Positions 1-8,911 of a DNA stretch of 64,000 nt are shown one piece after another (within the stretch, counting starts at the first letter, position 1; every line of letters starts with the position of its first letter). The notes under the pieces are model-generated. The model did not search any database and was not told the origin of the DNA. It saw only the letters and a list, made by a program, of their open reading frames with translations. A program made the translations under genes and the position numbers. The stretch comes from Clostridia bacterium (GTDB lineage: Bacteria; Bacillota; Clostridia; Oscillospirales; CAG-272), in contig JAGAFM010000047.1 of NCBI GenBank assembly GCA_017612655.1, positions 10,478 through 74,477 of the forward strand, given 5' to 3'.

Positions 1-75
1 AGAAAAACTGCCTGAACAGACAGCATCCGTCCGATCTGTCATGCAAAGGCAGCTTGTTTTCTTGTTCCGATCGGA

Positions 76-600
76 TCAACCAATCCCGAGGACGCTCTTT
101 GCGACAGACTCGGCGGCCTCATTGTCTACCGAAACGACAAACACGACCACTTTTCCGGATGTCAGAATCACCGGATTCTCCAGTTTCGGCACCTGGAGGG
201 GGGCATAATCGGCGTAATCCGATTTCTGCCTGGATACATAGGATTCGAGGACGCTTTTTACCTGAGCGGTGTCCTCTTCCGATTTCATTTCAAAAACGAA
301 CACTTCCTCGGGGGTGATTCCCGTCGGAACATAGGCAACACAAGACTCGGTCTGTTCCGCCAAAGAGCGGAATTTCGCGGAAAGATAGGCACTGTTTTCT
401 GTCAGTTCTTCGGAAAAAGAGCACTCGCTCGCGAGCCTGGCCGCTACGGCGGCAATATCCAGAACAACCGGTTCCGAATCGGAGGAAGGACCCGTCTGTG
501 AAGCCCCAGGTTGTGTCGCGCCCGAGGGAGAACCGCAGGAAACCAGCGACAACACAAGAATCAGAAGCAAGAAAGGGATCAAAGCACTTATTTTTTTCAT
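76..600 (-). CDS. Secreted lipoprotein, DUF4358-like
   Basis: 174-aa ORF with an N-terminal signal peptide and lipobox (LSLVSC), then a Ser/Gly/Pro-rich linker. The C-terminal part resembles clostridial DUF4358 lipoproteins (family call from memory). It lies 25 nt downstream of the SGNH hydrolase gene on the same strand. Confidence 0.6.
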   Translation of the reverse strand: MKKISALIPFLLLILVLSLVSCGSPSGATQPGASQTGPSSDSEPVVLDIAAVAARLASECSFSEELTENSAYLSAKFRSLAEQTESCVAYVPTGITPEEVFVFEMKSEEDTAQVKSVLESYVSRQKSDYADYAPLQVPKLENPVILTSGKVVVFVVSVDNEAAESVAKSVLGIG

Positions 601-625
601 TGACTGTCGTTATCCTTTCCCGGAA

Positions 626-1729
626 TCACCCCGGCACAACTGCATGCGATTTCAGATAATTCACCCAAACCGTCAGAGCGGTTCCCTTCAAGTGAATCCC
701 GTCGAACGTGTTCTCGGCGGGAAGCTGGCCGGAGGTATCCGCCAGCAACTCTCCAGGATTCAGATAGAAGACCCCTTTCTGTTCCGCCAGAGAAACGATA
801 GCCGCGTTGAATTCCGTGATCCGTTTGTTGTTCACGTAGGAGGTGTCATACTGCCCTCCCGCCCGGCACATCTCCTCATTCACAGGAAGGATTCCCTGAA
901 GGTAGATGATTGCATTCGGATTGACCGCGAGGATCGCGTTGATCACATCCTGGTACTGGGCCGTAAAAGCTCTTGCGCTGTTCCACCCCAGTTCGTTAAT
1001 TCCGAAAACCAGATAGACCCGATCAGGGCCGCCTGCCCGGGCATACGCTTCCACAGCGGTCAGGAGTTCGGTTCCGTCACGGTTCGAAATGAATTTCTGC
1101 GTAAAGAAGGTCCGGACATTCAATCCGATATTCGCCGAGAAGCCCGCCTGCAGCTCACCGCTCTTTTCCAACCCGACGGCAAGCGAGTTCCCTATGAACA
1201 GCGCGTCAGCGAAATAGCTGTTCGGAACTTCTTCCCGAGCCGAAAGAATTCCTCCTGTTTTTCCCGTCAGAGCATCCGCCACAATCCCGTTATGGACGCC
1301 CATCGGTTCTCCGTAAAGATAGACATCGCCCGCAGAGTCATAGGTAACAATATTACCTTTCCAGCTGGTCTTCAGGTCCTCGGTCACCGGCTCGGTCACG
1401 ACCGGTTCCGGCTCGTTCGTTCCGTCGATATCGGGAATCAGTCGGCTGGTTTCCGGAGGATCCCAGGATTCTGGCATGTCTTTTTCCTTTAATCCGTTCA
1501 GAACAGTGGTCCACCTCGAGCCAAGAACCGGGGTGAGGTCCACCATCGAATCCAGATACTGAATCTCTTCCTCCACACCCTCCTCGGCAAGTTGGAATCC
1601 CATGGAACGAATGCGAACCACAACAGCGATGACGCAGATTGCCAGAACGGCAATAATTGAGAACCGGATCGCGGCCGCGATCCTGCGGTTCTTCCGGCTG
1701 CCAGCAGAGTATGCGTCAAGTCTGTTCAT
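626..1729 (-). CDS. Membrane-anchored SGNH/GDSL-family hydrolase
   Basis: 367-aa ORF with one N-terminal TM helix (IAAAIRFSIIAVLAICVIAVVV). SGNH blocks are visible: FIGNSLAVG (block I Ser), GINELGW (block III) and FDGIHL (block V Asp/His). Confidence 0.75.
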   Translation of the reverse strand: MNRLDAYSAGSRKNRRIAAAIRFSIIAVLAICVIAVVVRIRSMGFQLAEEGVEEEIQYLDSMVDLTPVLGSRWTTVLNGLKEKDMPESWDPPETSRLIPDIDGTNEPEPVVTEPVTEDLKTSWKGNIVTYDSAGDVYLYGEPMGVHNGIVADALTGKTGGILSAREEVPNSYFADALFIGNSLAVGLEKSGELQAGFSANIGLNVRTFFTQKFISNRDGTELLTAVEAYARAGGPDRVYLVFGINELGWNSARAFTAQYQDVINAILAVNPNAIIYLQGILPVNEEMCRAGGQYDTSYVNNKRITEFNAAIVSLAEQKGVFYLNPGELLADTSGQLPAENTFDGIHLKGTALTVWVNYLKSHAVVPG

Positions 1730-1770
1730 ACTTCACCCGCTCATCCTTCCCGAATAGTAGCAGAGTACCG

Positions 1771-1811
1771 TCGAAAACGCAAACAAAACCGCTGCCCTAC
1801 GGTTTTGTTTG
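1771..1811 (-). terminator. Terminator-like hairpin inside the 5' leader of the SGNH hydrolase gene (possible attenuator)
   Basis: Perfect 12-bp stem, caaacaaaaccg (1780-1791) with cggttttgtttg (1800-1811), and an 8-nt loop. On the minus strand it is followed by CGTTTTCG. It sits about 50 nt upstream of the start codon and downstream of the promoter at 1877-1905. Confidence 0.45.
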
Positions 1812-1876
1812 ATTATTTGGAATACGGCAAACGGCACTACCAGCCGTTTTCCCGTACTTCTCTTCCCTTTTCGGAT

Positions 1877-1905
1877 ATTATAGCATATTATTCTATGCAA
1901 ATCAA
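1877..1905 (-). promoter_or_regulatory. Sigma-A type promoter (TTGATT-17 nt-TATAAT with TGC extended -10)
   Basis: Minus strand reads TTGATTtgcatagaataatatgcTATAAT. The -10 is at 1877-1882, the -35 at 1900-1905, and the spacer is exactly 17 nt. It lies in a local AT-rich patch. Confidence 0.5.
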
Positions 1906-2180
1906 CAAAAAAAGAAAAAATGATTTGATTTTTTTAGACAAATAAAACGCAAAAAACCAGCTTTGCAGATTTCGATCCGACAAAGGTAGCGTCCTGAAAT
2001 CTACCGAAAAAGCTAAGATCCGTCAATGGGGTCCCTCACGGTACAAAATAGAGCGCTCCTTCAGGTTGTTTCTCATAAAGAAGTTGGACGGTCAAAGAAT
2101 AGGCCATTATGCTCAGAACAATTTTTGTTGGGAATCTTGCAGTGCGAATTATCGTGCTTGATGACTGTGGCGGCTTCCGA

Positions 2181-2240
2181 AACAAAAAAGGCAGCCGGGA
2201 AAGGTTGTTGGTAATCCCTTCCCCGGCTTCGATTTGTTTG
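2181..2240. terminator. Bidirectional rho-independent terminator
   Basis: Stem gccgggaaagg (2194-2204) pairs with ccttccccggc (2217-2227), with one G-T pair and a 12-nt loop. It is flanked by an A-tract (2181-2193) and a T-rich tract (2228-2240), so a U-tract follows on either strand. It lies about 190 nt after the proA stop. Confidence 0.55.
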
Positions 2241-2423
2241 CTCCCATGGACCGGCTCTCATTATGAGAATCAGCCTTCACGAAGCGCTCCTGCACGAGAA
2301 TTCTCTTGGTATCATAGCGGGGGATGCAGATCGCAGTACCGAACTCCTGATTCCTGTGGCCCGGCGATCTTTCTCGAAACGAATCCCCCTCTGCCTCCCG
2401 AAGCCAGCAAAATCGGGGACTCC

Positions 2424-3680
2424 TTACCGGATCTGACCGTCTCCGTGTACAACATAGCGGTAGGTACACAGTTCCCTCAGCCCGATCGGCCCGCGGGCAT
2501 GCAGCTTCTGGGTTGAGATTCCCATCTCGCATCCGAGACCGAATTCCCCTCCGTCCGTAAAACGGGTGGAGGCATTCACATAAACAACAGCTGAATCCAC
2601 ACCGGAAACAAACGCAGCCTCTGCTTCCGGGTCGCGGGTGAGGATCGCTTCCGAATGTCCGGTCGAATGACGGAAAACCGTCTCTGCCGCCTCTTCGGGA
2701 CCATCCACAACGCCGACGGCCAGGACGTAGTCCAGATATTCCGTCCGAAAATCGGCCTCTCCCGCGGGAACACCCGGGATCAGGGCTGCCGCTTCTGGAT
2801 CGAGTCGGAGTTCAACCGGAACCAGCCCCTTTTCTTTGCGGTCCTTTACTAGTCTCCGGAAGAGTTTGGGAAGAAAGGCGCCGGCGATTGCGCGATCCAC
2901 AAGACACACCTCAGCCGCATTGCAGACAGAGGGTCTGCTGCATTTTGCGTTTTCGAGAACGTCAAGAGCCATGTCCTGATCCGCAGACCGCTCAATGTAG
3001 ACATGACAGATTCCCGTTCCGGTTTCCAGAACAGGGACGGTCGCGTTCTCCACACATCTTCGAATCAGCCCCGCTCCGCCTCTCGGGATTAACAGGTCCA
3101 CTTTTCCATGGGCTTTCATCAGTTCCTCTGCGGAGGCATGGGACGTATCCTCCACCAGGACAACGGCGTCCTCCGGCAATCCGCTTCTCGTCAACCCTTT
3201 TTTCAGACTTGCGACGATAGCCTCTGCCGAGCGATGAGCCTCTCTCCCGCTTCGAAGAATGCACGCAGATCCTGCTTTCAGCGCCAGAGCGGCCGCATCT
3301 GAGGTTACGTTCGGCCGGCTCTCGTAAATAATCGCAATCACCCCCATCGGGGCGGCAATTTTCTCAATTCTCAATCCATTTGGGCGGACTGCCGTCTCAA
3401 GGATTCTTCCGACCGGGTCCTCCAGCCTGGCAACCGACCGGATCCCGTCCGCCATCTCTGCGATCCGTTTTTCGCTGAGCAGAAGGCGGTCCAGAAGAGC
3501 CGGTGAGAGGACGTTCTCCGCATCTTTCCGGTCTTGTTCGTTCGCGGAAAGGATTCTGTCAGAGAACTCCGTCAGCGCATCTGCGATTGTCAGAAGAGCG
3601 TGGTTTTTCTGATCGGAAGACGCTCGGCCCACCGCATGTTTCGCATCAACCGCACGTTTGATCAGTTCCCCGGTGGTCAT
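2424..3680 (-). CDS. proA: Gamma-glutamyl phosphate reductase
   Basis: 418-aa ORF with full-length similarity to ProA (aldehyde dehydrogenase fold, ...IYESRPNVT..., ...ASTRFTDGGEFG...). It overlaps proB by 4 nt. Confidence 0.95.
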   Translation of the reverse strand: MTTGELIKRAVDAKHAVGRASSDQKNHALLTIADALTEFSDRILSANEQDRKDAENVLSPALLDRLLLSEKRIAEMADGIRSVARLEDPVGRILETAVRPNGLRIEKIAAPMGVIAIIYESRPNVTSDAAALALKAGSACILRSGREAHRSAEAIVASLKKGLTRSGLPEDAVVLVEDTSHASAEELMKAHGKVDLLIPRGGAGLIRRCVENATVPVLETGTGICHVYIERSADQDMALDVLENAKCSRPSVCNAAEVCLVDRAIAGAFLPKLFRRLVKDRKEKGLVPVELRLDPEAAALIPGVPAGEADFRTEYLDYVLAVGVVDGPEEAAETVFRHSTGHSEAILTRDPEAEAAFVSGVDSAVVYVNASTRFTDGGEFGLGCEMGISTQKLHARGPIGLRELCTYRYVVHGDGQIR

Positions 3681-4453
3681 GACTTCTCACGCTTTCCTAC
3701 AAAACGGGTCCCGACGGGTTTTCCCTCCACGATATCGTAGAGCGTCTCCGGGGCGTTTCCGTTCGCAATGACCATATCGGAGCCGTTCTCCGTAACGATC
3801 TTTGCAGCCTTCAGTTTTGTGATCATCCCTCCGGTTCCGTTCTTACTCCCGGCACCCCCGCCAAGAGCTTCGATCTCAGGGGTTATCTCCCGAACCTCCG
3901 TGATCTGTTTCGCCTCCGGATTCCTTCTCGGATCGTCGGTAAACAATCCGTCGATATCCGAAAACAGAACCAGGAGATCCGCATGGACGGAACAGGCCGT
4001 TATGGCGCCCAGGGTATCATTATCTCCCACGCGGATTTCAGCAGTTGCAACCGTATCGTTTTCATTGACGACCGGAATGACCCCAAGTTCCAGAAGGCGT
4101 TCCATCGTATTCTCGAAGTTGGTCTTCCTTTCCTCGTGCCCGACATCGTCCGCCGTCAGCAGAATCTGGGCGATGGAATGGTCGAACTGAGAAAACAGCC
4201 TGTCGTAGATGTACATCAGTTCGCACTGCCCGATCGCAGCGGCTGCCTGCTTGGTCGGAATGTCGGAAGGACGTTCCCGAAGACGCAGTTTGCCGATCCC
4301 CAAAGCGATTGCGCCAGAGGAAACCAGAATCACCTCGTGTCCCGCATTCTTCAGGTCCGATATAACCTTCACCAGTGCTTCCACGTGGCGGATATTCAGC
4401 CTTCCGGACGGATAGGTCAGGGTGGAGGTTCCGATTTTCAAAACAATTCGCAT
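3677..4453 (-). CDS. proB: Glutamate 5-kinase (short form, no PUA domain)
   Basis: The ORF track extends to 4504. The internal ATG at 4453 (MRIVLKIGTS...) has a GAGGAG RBS and removes the overlap with proC. Amino acid kinase motifs are present (KIGTSTLT, VSSGAIA). Confidence 0.92.
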   Translation of the reverse strand: MRIVLKIGTSTLTYPSGRLNIRHVEALVKVISDLKNAGHEVILVSSGAIALGIGKLRLRERPSDIPTKQAAAAIGQCELMYIYDRLFSQFDHSIAQILLTADDVGHEERKTNFENTMERLLELGVIPVVNENDTVATAEIRVGDNDTLGAITACSVHADLLVLFSDIDGLFTDDPRRNPEAKQITEVREITPEIEALGGGAGSKNGTGGMITKLKAAKIVTENGSDMVIANGNAPETLYDIVEGKPVGTRFVGKREKS

Positions 4454-4478
4454 AGCGATCTCCTCATCTGTTCTCGCG

Positions 4479-5288
4479 TCAGCGCAGCTGTTTGGTTTTT
4501 TCAAACGACGCGATCACGCTTTCCATGGAGCAGGAACGGAAACCGCCCGCCTCCAGTGCCCTTATACCGGCGATTGTGCTGCCGCCCGGAGAACAGACCT
4601 CGTCCTTCAGGGAAGCAGGATTCTTCCCTGTTTCCCTCGCCATCTTCGCCGTACCCTCCAGCATCTGTTCGGCATAGAGAAGGGCTTTGTCGCGGGGAAG
4701 ACCGCAAGCGACGGCTCCGTCGGCTAGAGCTTCCAGAAAGAGGCAGGCAAAAGCCGGGCCGCAGCCTGAAAGAGCGGATGCCGCATCCATTTTCTCCTCC
4801 GGGATCGCATCCACCGATCCGGCGGAAGACAGGATTTCCTCAAAGGTTTCCGCCATGCCGTCCTCCAGATTGCATGAGCAATACAGAATCAGTCCGGCTC
4901 CGACGCAGACCGGTGTGTTCGGCATCATGCGAATCACGGGATAATCCCCTCCCGCCATCGAGCATAGATCTCCGCAGGTCAGTCCGGCTGCCATGGAAAC
5001 CAGAAGCGGTTTGGTGCTCCTCTTTTCCAGCGCGGGAACGATCTGCCTAAAGAGGTCCTTCATATTCTGGGGCTTCACAGCAAGAAACAGGATATCGCAG
5101 AGAGAAGCCGCTGTCGCCGAGTCGGTGACTTTAGCGCCCGGAATCTGTCTGGCCAGTTCCTCCGCTTTTCTGACGGTCCGATTGGAAAGATACAAAGAGG
5201 TCCCTTCCGTACGTTCCGCAATCGCCTTCGCGATCGCAGAGCCCATGGTTCCCGTTCCGATCAATCCGATTGCAGTCGGTTTCATCAC
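4479..5288 (-). CDS. proC: Pyrroline-5-carboxylate reductase
   Basis: 269-aa ORF with an N-terminal Rossmann motif (IGLIGTGTMGSAIA) and a typical P5CR C-terminal dimerisation domain (SPGGSTIAG). Confidence 0.93.
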   Translation of the reverse strand: MMKPTAIGLIGTGTMGSAIAKAIAERTEGTSLYLSNRTVRKAEELARQIPGAKVTDSATAASLCDILFLAVKPQNMKDLFRQIVPALEKRSTKPLLVSMAAGLTCGDLCSMAGGDYPVIRMMPNTPVCVGAGLILYCSCNLEDGMAETFEEILSSAGSVDAIPEEKMDAASALSGCGPAFACLFLEALADGAVACGLPRDKALLYAEQMLEGTAKMARETGKNPASLKDEVCSPGGSTIAGIRALEAGGFRSCSMESVIASFEKTKQLR

Positions 5289-5878
5289 TTTCCTCCTGAT
5301 CCTGTGTTTTTACCGCTTCTTTTTTTCTTGGCGGAAAACCCGAATTTCCCAAGCCTTTTTCCGAGGGCGAAATACTCCCCGTGGGAATATGCCACCAGTC
5401 CGGCCTTTCCCAGGCGCATTTTCCCCGCTTCATCGATCAGATCTTCCCGGACGAACACCGCCTCGATATCTGCAAGAAACATGTCGTGACTGCCCATCGG
5501 GATAATGTCCGTTACGCGGCAAGCCAGGGAAAGCGGGCTTTCCGCTATCATGGGGCAGGCAAAGGATTCCGCAAACTCTTTCGTCAGCCCGCATTTAGAA
5601 AACTTATCCACCTTCGCCCCTGTGAAAATCCCGCAGTAATCGGCGGCGCGCAGGAGCTGATGACTGGTCAGGTTGATCATAAACTCGCGTGTTCTGCGGA
5701 TTATCTCATAGGAATAGCGCTGAGGACGAACCGAAATATAGGTCTTGGGCGGAGTAGAATTCACAATTCCCGTCCAGGCAATGGTCAGAATGTTCGATTT
5801 TTCCCCATCCCCGCAGGACACCATAACAGGAGGAACCGGGGCAAGAAGGGTGCCTCCTTCCCACTTCTGCTTGCTCAA
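5285..5878 (-). CDS. Flavin reductase-like (FMN-binding split-barrel) protein
   Basis: 197-aa ORF. The N-terminus (LLAPVPPVMVSCGDGEKSNILTIAWTG...) is typical of the flavin reductase-like domain family. It has 4-nt overlaps with both neighbours. Confidence 0.7.
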   Translation of the reverse strand: MSKQKWEGGTLLAPVPPVMVSCGDGEKSNILTIAWTGIVNSTPPKTYISVRPQRYSYEIIRRTREFMINLTSHQLLRAADYCGIFTGAKVDKFSKCGLTKEFAESFACPMIAESPLSLACRVTDIIPMGSHDMFLADIEAVFVREDLIDEAGKMRLGKAGLVAYSHGEYFALGKRLGKFGFSAKKKRSGKNTGSGGK

Positions 5879-8868
5879 GCCGCCTCGCCTCCCTCGCCCT
5901 GATTCTCTTCCTGCTGAGGTTCTTCCGGATTCTCTTCCCCTGTTGTATCCTCTTCGGTCGGTGGTTCCGGATCGGTAACGGGCTCCGTATCTACAGTGAC
6001 TTCGGGCTCCTCCGACGTATCCTCTTCTGTCGTCGGCTCCTCCGTCGGAGGTTCTGTCGGGGGCTCCGTCGGGGGCTCCGTCGGAGGTGCTGTCGGGGGC
6101 TCCGTCGGAGGTTCCGTTGGAGGTTCCGTCGGAGGTTCCGTCGGAGGTTCCGTGACTTCTTCCGTCTCCGTAACCTCTTCCGTTGCCGGCGGATCGTTGG
6201 AATGATCCACATAGTGTTCATAGCAGAAAGAGTTTGCCGCCCTGTTGATTACGTACCCGTTGGAAGTCCCGATGTATCGGTCTTCCGGAACCAGGGACTG
6301 GAAGAACGGATCCGTCCAGCTGTCCGTCACCCCGTCTCTCCAATTCCACTCCCGCCACACATACTGCGCATCGTATACAACAACTTCAGTCGGAAAATCC
6401 CGGTTCTCCACCCGAATCAGGCTGACCTGCGTCAGATTCTCTTCCGGGCAGTCGTCGCAGGCGACTGCACCGGTCACCTTGTCATAATTCACGAGAACGT
6501 GACAGTCGCAGGCCTCCGTCGGAACGGTCTCAAGAGTGAAGTATCCCGTATCCTGCCTCGATCCTCTCAGATCGTGCCGGCAGCTGTCGGTAATCAGTTT
6601 TCCGGAGTCGATGCAGTAGGTCGCAGTCACAACGCCTGCGGCCAGTTCGAACTGCTTGAGCTGTGTGCCGTTCGCCTTTGCTTCGGCGATGATCGGCTCG
6701 TGAATTTTAGTCATGACCAGATCCCAGATCGCAGTAGCGGGGCTGACCGTGGAAATATTGCCTATGGTTCTGAGTTCTTTGTACCCGAACCAGCAGACAC
6801 CGAGATAGTAGGGGGTATAGCCGCAGAACCAGCGATCGTAGTCATCCGTAGCGGTACCCGTTTTTCCGGCAACATCCATGGAATTCTGCAGCGTGACCGC
6901 TTTCGCGGTTCCGTTTTTCACGACGTTCTGAAGCATCTTCGTCATGATGCACGCCGTCTGATCGCTGACAACGACGGAACTCTTCTGCTCATTGTCAAGA
7001 AGAACATTCCCGTTTTTGTCGATGACCTTAGTATAGGTCCGGGATTCCGAGTAGATTCCGTCATTGGCCAGGAAAGTGTAGGCCTGCGCCATTTCCCGGG
7101 GACTGACGCCGATCGTAAGAGCTCCGAGCGCCAGCGGGGCATAGGAGATATCCGACATAACCATTCCGTCGACCCGGGTATAGGTTTCCACGATATCTGT
7201 CATTCCGATTTTTTGAGAAAACTTGAAAGAATTCTCGAGGCCCAGCTTGTCCAGAACCTTCATGGCGACCGTGTTCACGGAGCGTTCCACCGCAGAGTTG
7301 ACGGTTGTGAGACCCCGGTAGATCGCAGGAAGGTTTGCCGGATAGGCGGTATAGGTCGTCGTTCCCCACTGGGACACTTTCTCATTGAACATGAAGGGAG
7401 TGTCGTCTATCACCGTTCCGTAGGTGATCTCCCCCGCCTCCAGCGCAGGAGCGTAGACGGTCAACGGTTTAATGGAGGAACCGGGAGACCTCTTCGCCAT
7501 CGTAGCCAGATTATAGCTTCTGGAATTGGTCTTTACGCCTCTTCCTCCGACCAGACCGAGAATATTCCCGTTTTCCGGGTTCAAAACCACCATGGCGCAC
7601 TCGGGACGGATCGCACTGGCAACGCTCGGAAAATTGTAGTCGTTTTTGAACACATCTTCCATCGTCTGCTGTATAAAAGGATCCATGCAGGTGTAAATGG
7701 ACAGTCCTTCCGAATACAGCAGGCGGGAGGCGGCAATCCTGGACATGTCGTACTCTTTCTGAAGATCGGCAATTACGTCCTCGATCACGGCATCGGTGTA
7801 CCAGGAGTTGGTCGTATTCTGCGCCACCTCCTCAACGGAAATGTGAAGTTCCAGCTCTTGAGAAATGGCGGTATCGTATTCGGAACGGGTGATCTTCCCC
7901 TGATTCAGCATTTCGATCAGAACCGCTCTCCGGCGTTCCTTGTTCTCCTCAGGATGGGAATAGGGATTGTATGCGGTGGGGGATTTCGGGATGGCTGCAA
8001 TCGAAGCACATTCGAGAAGAGTCAGTTCGGAAACATTTTTGCTGAAATACTTCTGCGCAGCAGCCTGAACTCCGTAGCTGCCCTGCCCTAGGTTGATGAT
8101 ATTCAGATACAGTTCCAGAATCTCCTCTTTGGATTTCTGCTTCTCCAGATTCAGGGCGCGGAAGATTTCCTGAACTTTTCTCTGAATGGTCGCAGCATTG
8201 TCGCCTGTCAGATTCTTGACCAGCTGCTGGGTAAGAGTGGAACCGCCCGCCACGCCGGAGCCGAAGAAGAATCCAAGGCCTGCCTTGGCCGTCGTGACCC
8301 AGTCCACGCCATCATGTTCCCAGAACCGCTTGTCTTCGATCGCGATGAACGCGTTGATCAAATTCTTGGGAATCTCGCTGTATTTTGCCCACAGACGGTT
8401 CTCGGACTGGTACAGGCGCTGATCCTCCATCTCCACCGGAACTCCGTCCGGGTCTTCGGAATAATCCATATAGTAAAGGCGAGTGGTCAGATCCTGGTCG
8501 GTCGTCAGGTTGCTGACGTCAATGCTCGGATCCACGTAGTTTTTGATCCAAAGCGCAAATACCCCGGCGACAATGGTTCCCGTAATCATCGCGATCAGGC
8601 CGATCGTAATCAAAATGTTCAGAACCCAGGACAGGATGCGAAGGATGACGGACCCGAAAACAATTCCCGCGTCCGCGACCTCTTTTCCCCATTCCGTGTC
8701 GCTTTTTTTGGTGTTTTCCACAGGACGCCTGTTGACATGGGCCCGGTTCGGGGATTGATTCGCCGCTTCGGCATTCTGCCGCCGCGTCTGGTCAATCACA
8801 ACCGCCCTCGTCTGTTCGCCGTCGTTTCCGGAACGGTTTTCATTCTCTGGTTTTTGCGTTTGATTCAT
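5875..8868 (-). CDS. Class A penicillin-binding protein (transglycosylase/transpeptidase) with Cys-rich and PTEP-repeat C-terminal extension
   Basis: 997-aa ORF with an N-terminal TM anchor. GT51 motifs (IAIEDKRFWEHDGVD, RKVQE) and transpeptidase motifs (SPGSSIKP, KTGT) are present. The C-terminus carries about 10 PTEP repeats and an acidic tail. Confidence 0.93.
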   Translation of the reverse strand: MNQTQKPENENRSGNDGEQTRAVVIDQTRRQNAEAANQSPNRAHVNRRPVENTKKSDTEWGKEVADAGIVFGSVILRILSWVLNILITIGLIAMITGTIVAGVFALWIKNYVDPSIDVSNLTTDQDLTTRLYYMDYSEDPDGVPVEMEDQRLYQSENRLWAKYSEIPKNLINAFIAIEDKRFWEHDGVDWVTTAKAGLGFFFGSGVAGGSTLTQQLVKNLTGDNAATIQRKVQEIFRALNLEKQKSKEEILELYLNIINLGQGSYGVQAAAQKYFSKNVSELTLLECASIAAIPKSPTAYNPYSHPEENKERRRAVLIEMLNQGKITRSEYDTAISQELELHISVEEVAQNTTNSWYTDAVIEDVIADLQKEYDMSRIAASRLLYSEGLSIYTCMDPFIQQTMEDVFKNDYNFPSVASAIRPECAMVVLNPENGNILGLVGGRGVKTNSRSYNLATMAKRSPGSSIKPLTVYAPALEAGEITYGTVIDDTPFMFNEKVSQWGTTTYTAYPANLPAIYRGLTTVNSAVERSVNTVAMKVLDKLGLENSFKFSQKIGMTDIVETYTRVDGMVMSDISYAPLALGALTIGVSPREMAQAYTFLANDGIYSESRTYTKVIDKNGNVLLDNEQKSSVVVSDQTACIMTKMLQNVVKNGTAKAVTLQNSMDVAGKTGTATDDYDRWFCGYTPYYLGVCWFGYKELRTIGNISTVSPATAIWDLVMTKIHEPIIAEAKANGTQLKQFELAAGVVTATYCIDSGKLITDSCRHDLRGSRQDTGYFTLETVPTEACDCHVLVNYDKVTGAVACDDCPEENLTQVSLIRVENRDFPTEVVVYDAQYVWREWNWRDGVTDSWTDPFFQSLVPEDRYIGTSNGYVINRAANSFCYEHYVDHSNDPPATEEVTETEEVTEPPTEPPTEPPTEPPTEPPTAPPTEPPTEPPTEPPTEEPTTEEDTSEEPEVTVDTEPVTDPEPPTEEDTTGEENPEEPQQEENQGEGGEAA
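6035..6152 (-). repeat. 12-nt tandem repeat encoding (PTEP)n low-complexity linker
   Basis: Plus strand reads ...ggctccgtcggaggttccgtcggaggttccgtcgg... with period 12. It translates on the minus strand to PPTEPPTEPPTEPP... It lies inside the PBP gene. Confidence 0.8.
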
Positions 8869-8911
8869 GTTTGACCTCGATTGATTTCTTTCATCCGCTG
8901 TAGGGGATTCT

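Noticed and set aside
1730-2423. Possible tmRNA, RNase P RNA, SRP RNA, T-box or known riboswitch in the proA-SGNH gap
   Set aside because: I looked for several diagnostic strings on both strands: GGAAAGTCC (RNase P), GGAAGCAGC/GGAAGGAAG (SRP), a tRNA-like GGTTCGA...CCACCA 3' end with a GGGG..TTCGAC 5' end (tmRNA), and the GGGTGGTACCGCG T-box. None is present. GTCCATG and GGTACTGCG are only partial look-alikes. The region is kept as an unexplained finding, not as a named RNA.
3983-5050. 355-aa plus-strand ORF spanning the proB/proC boundary
   Set aside because: It is antisense to two well-supported genes and its translation is low-complexity.
6035-6152. Tandem 12-nt repeats considered as CRISPR-like array or DGR variable region
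   Set aside because: The period is 12 with no spacers. It is in frame within the PBP gene, encoding PTEP. No cas genes, reverse transcriptase or template repeat is present.
6202-8091. 629-aa plus-strand ORF
   Set aside because: It is a codon-aligned antisense shadow of the class A PBP gene and has no recognisable domains.
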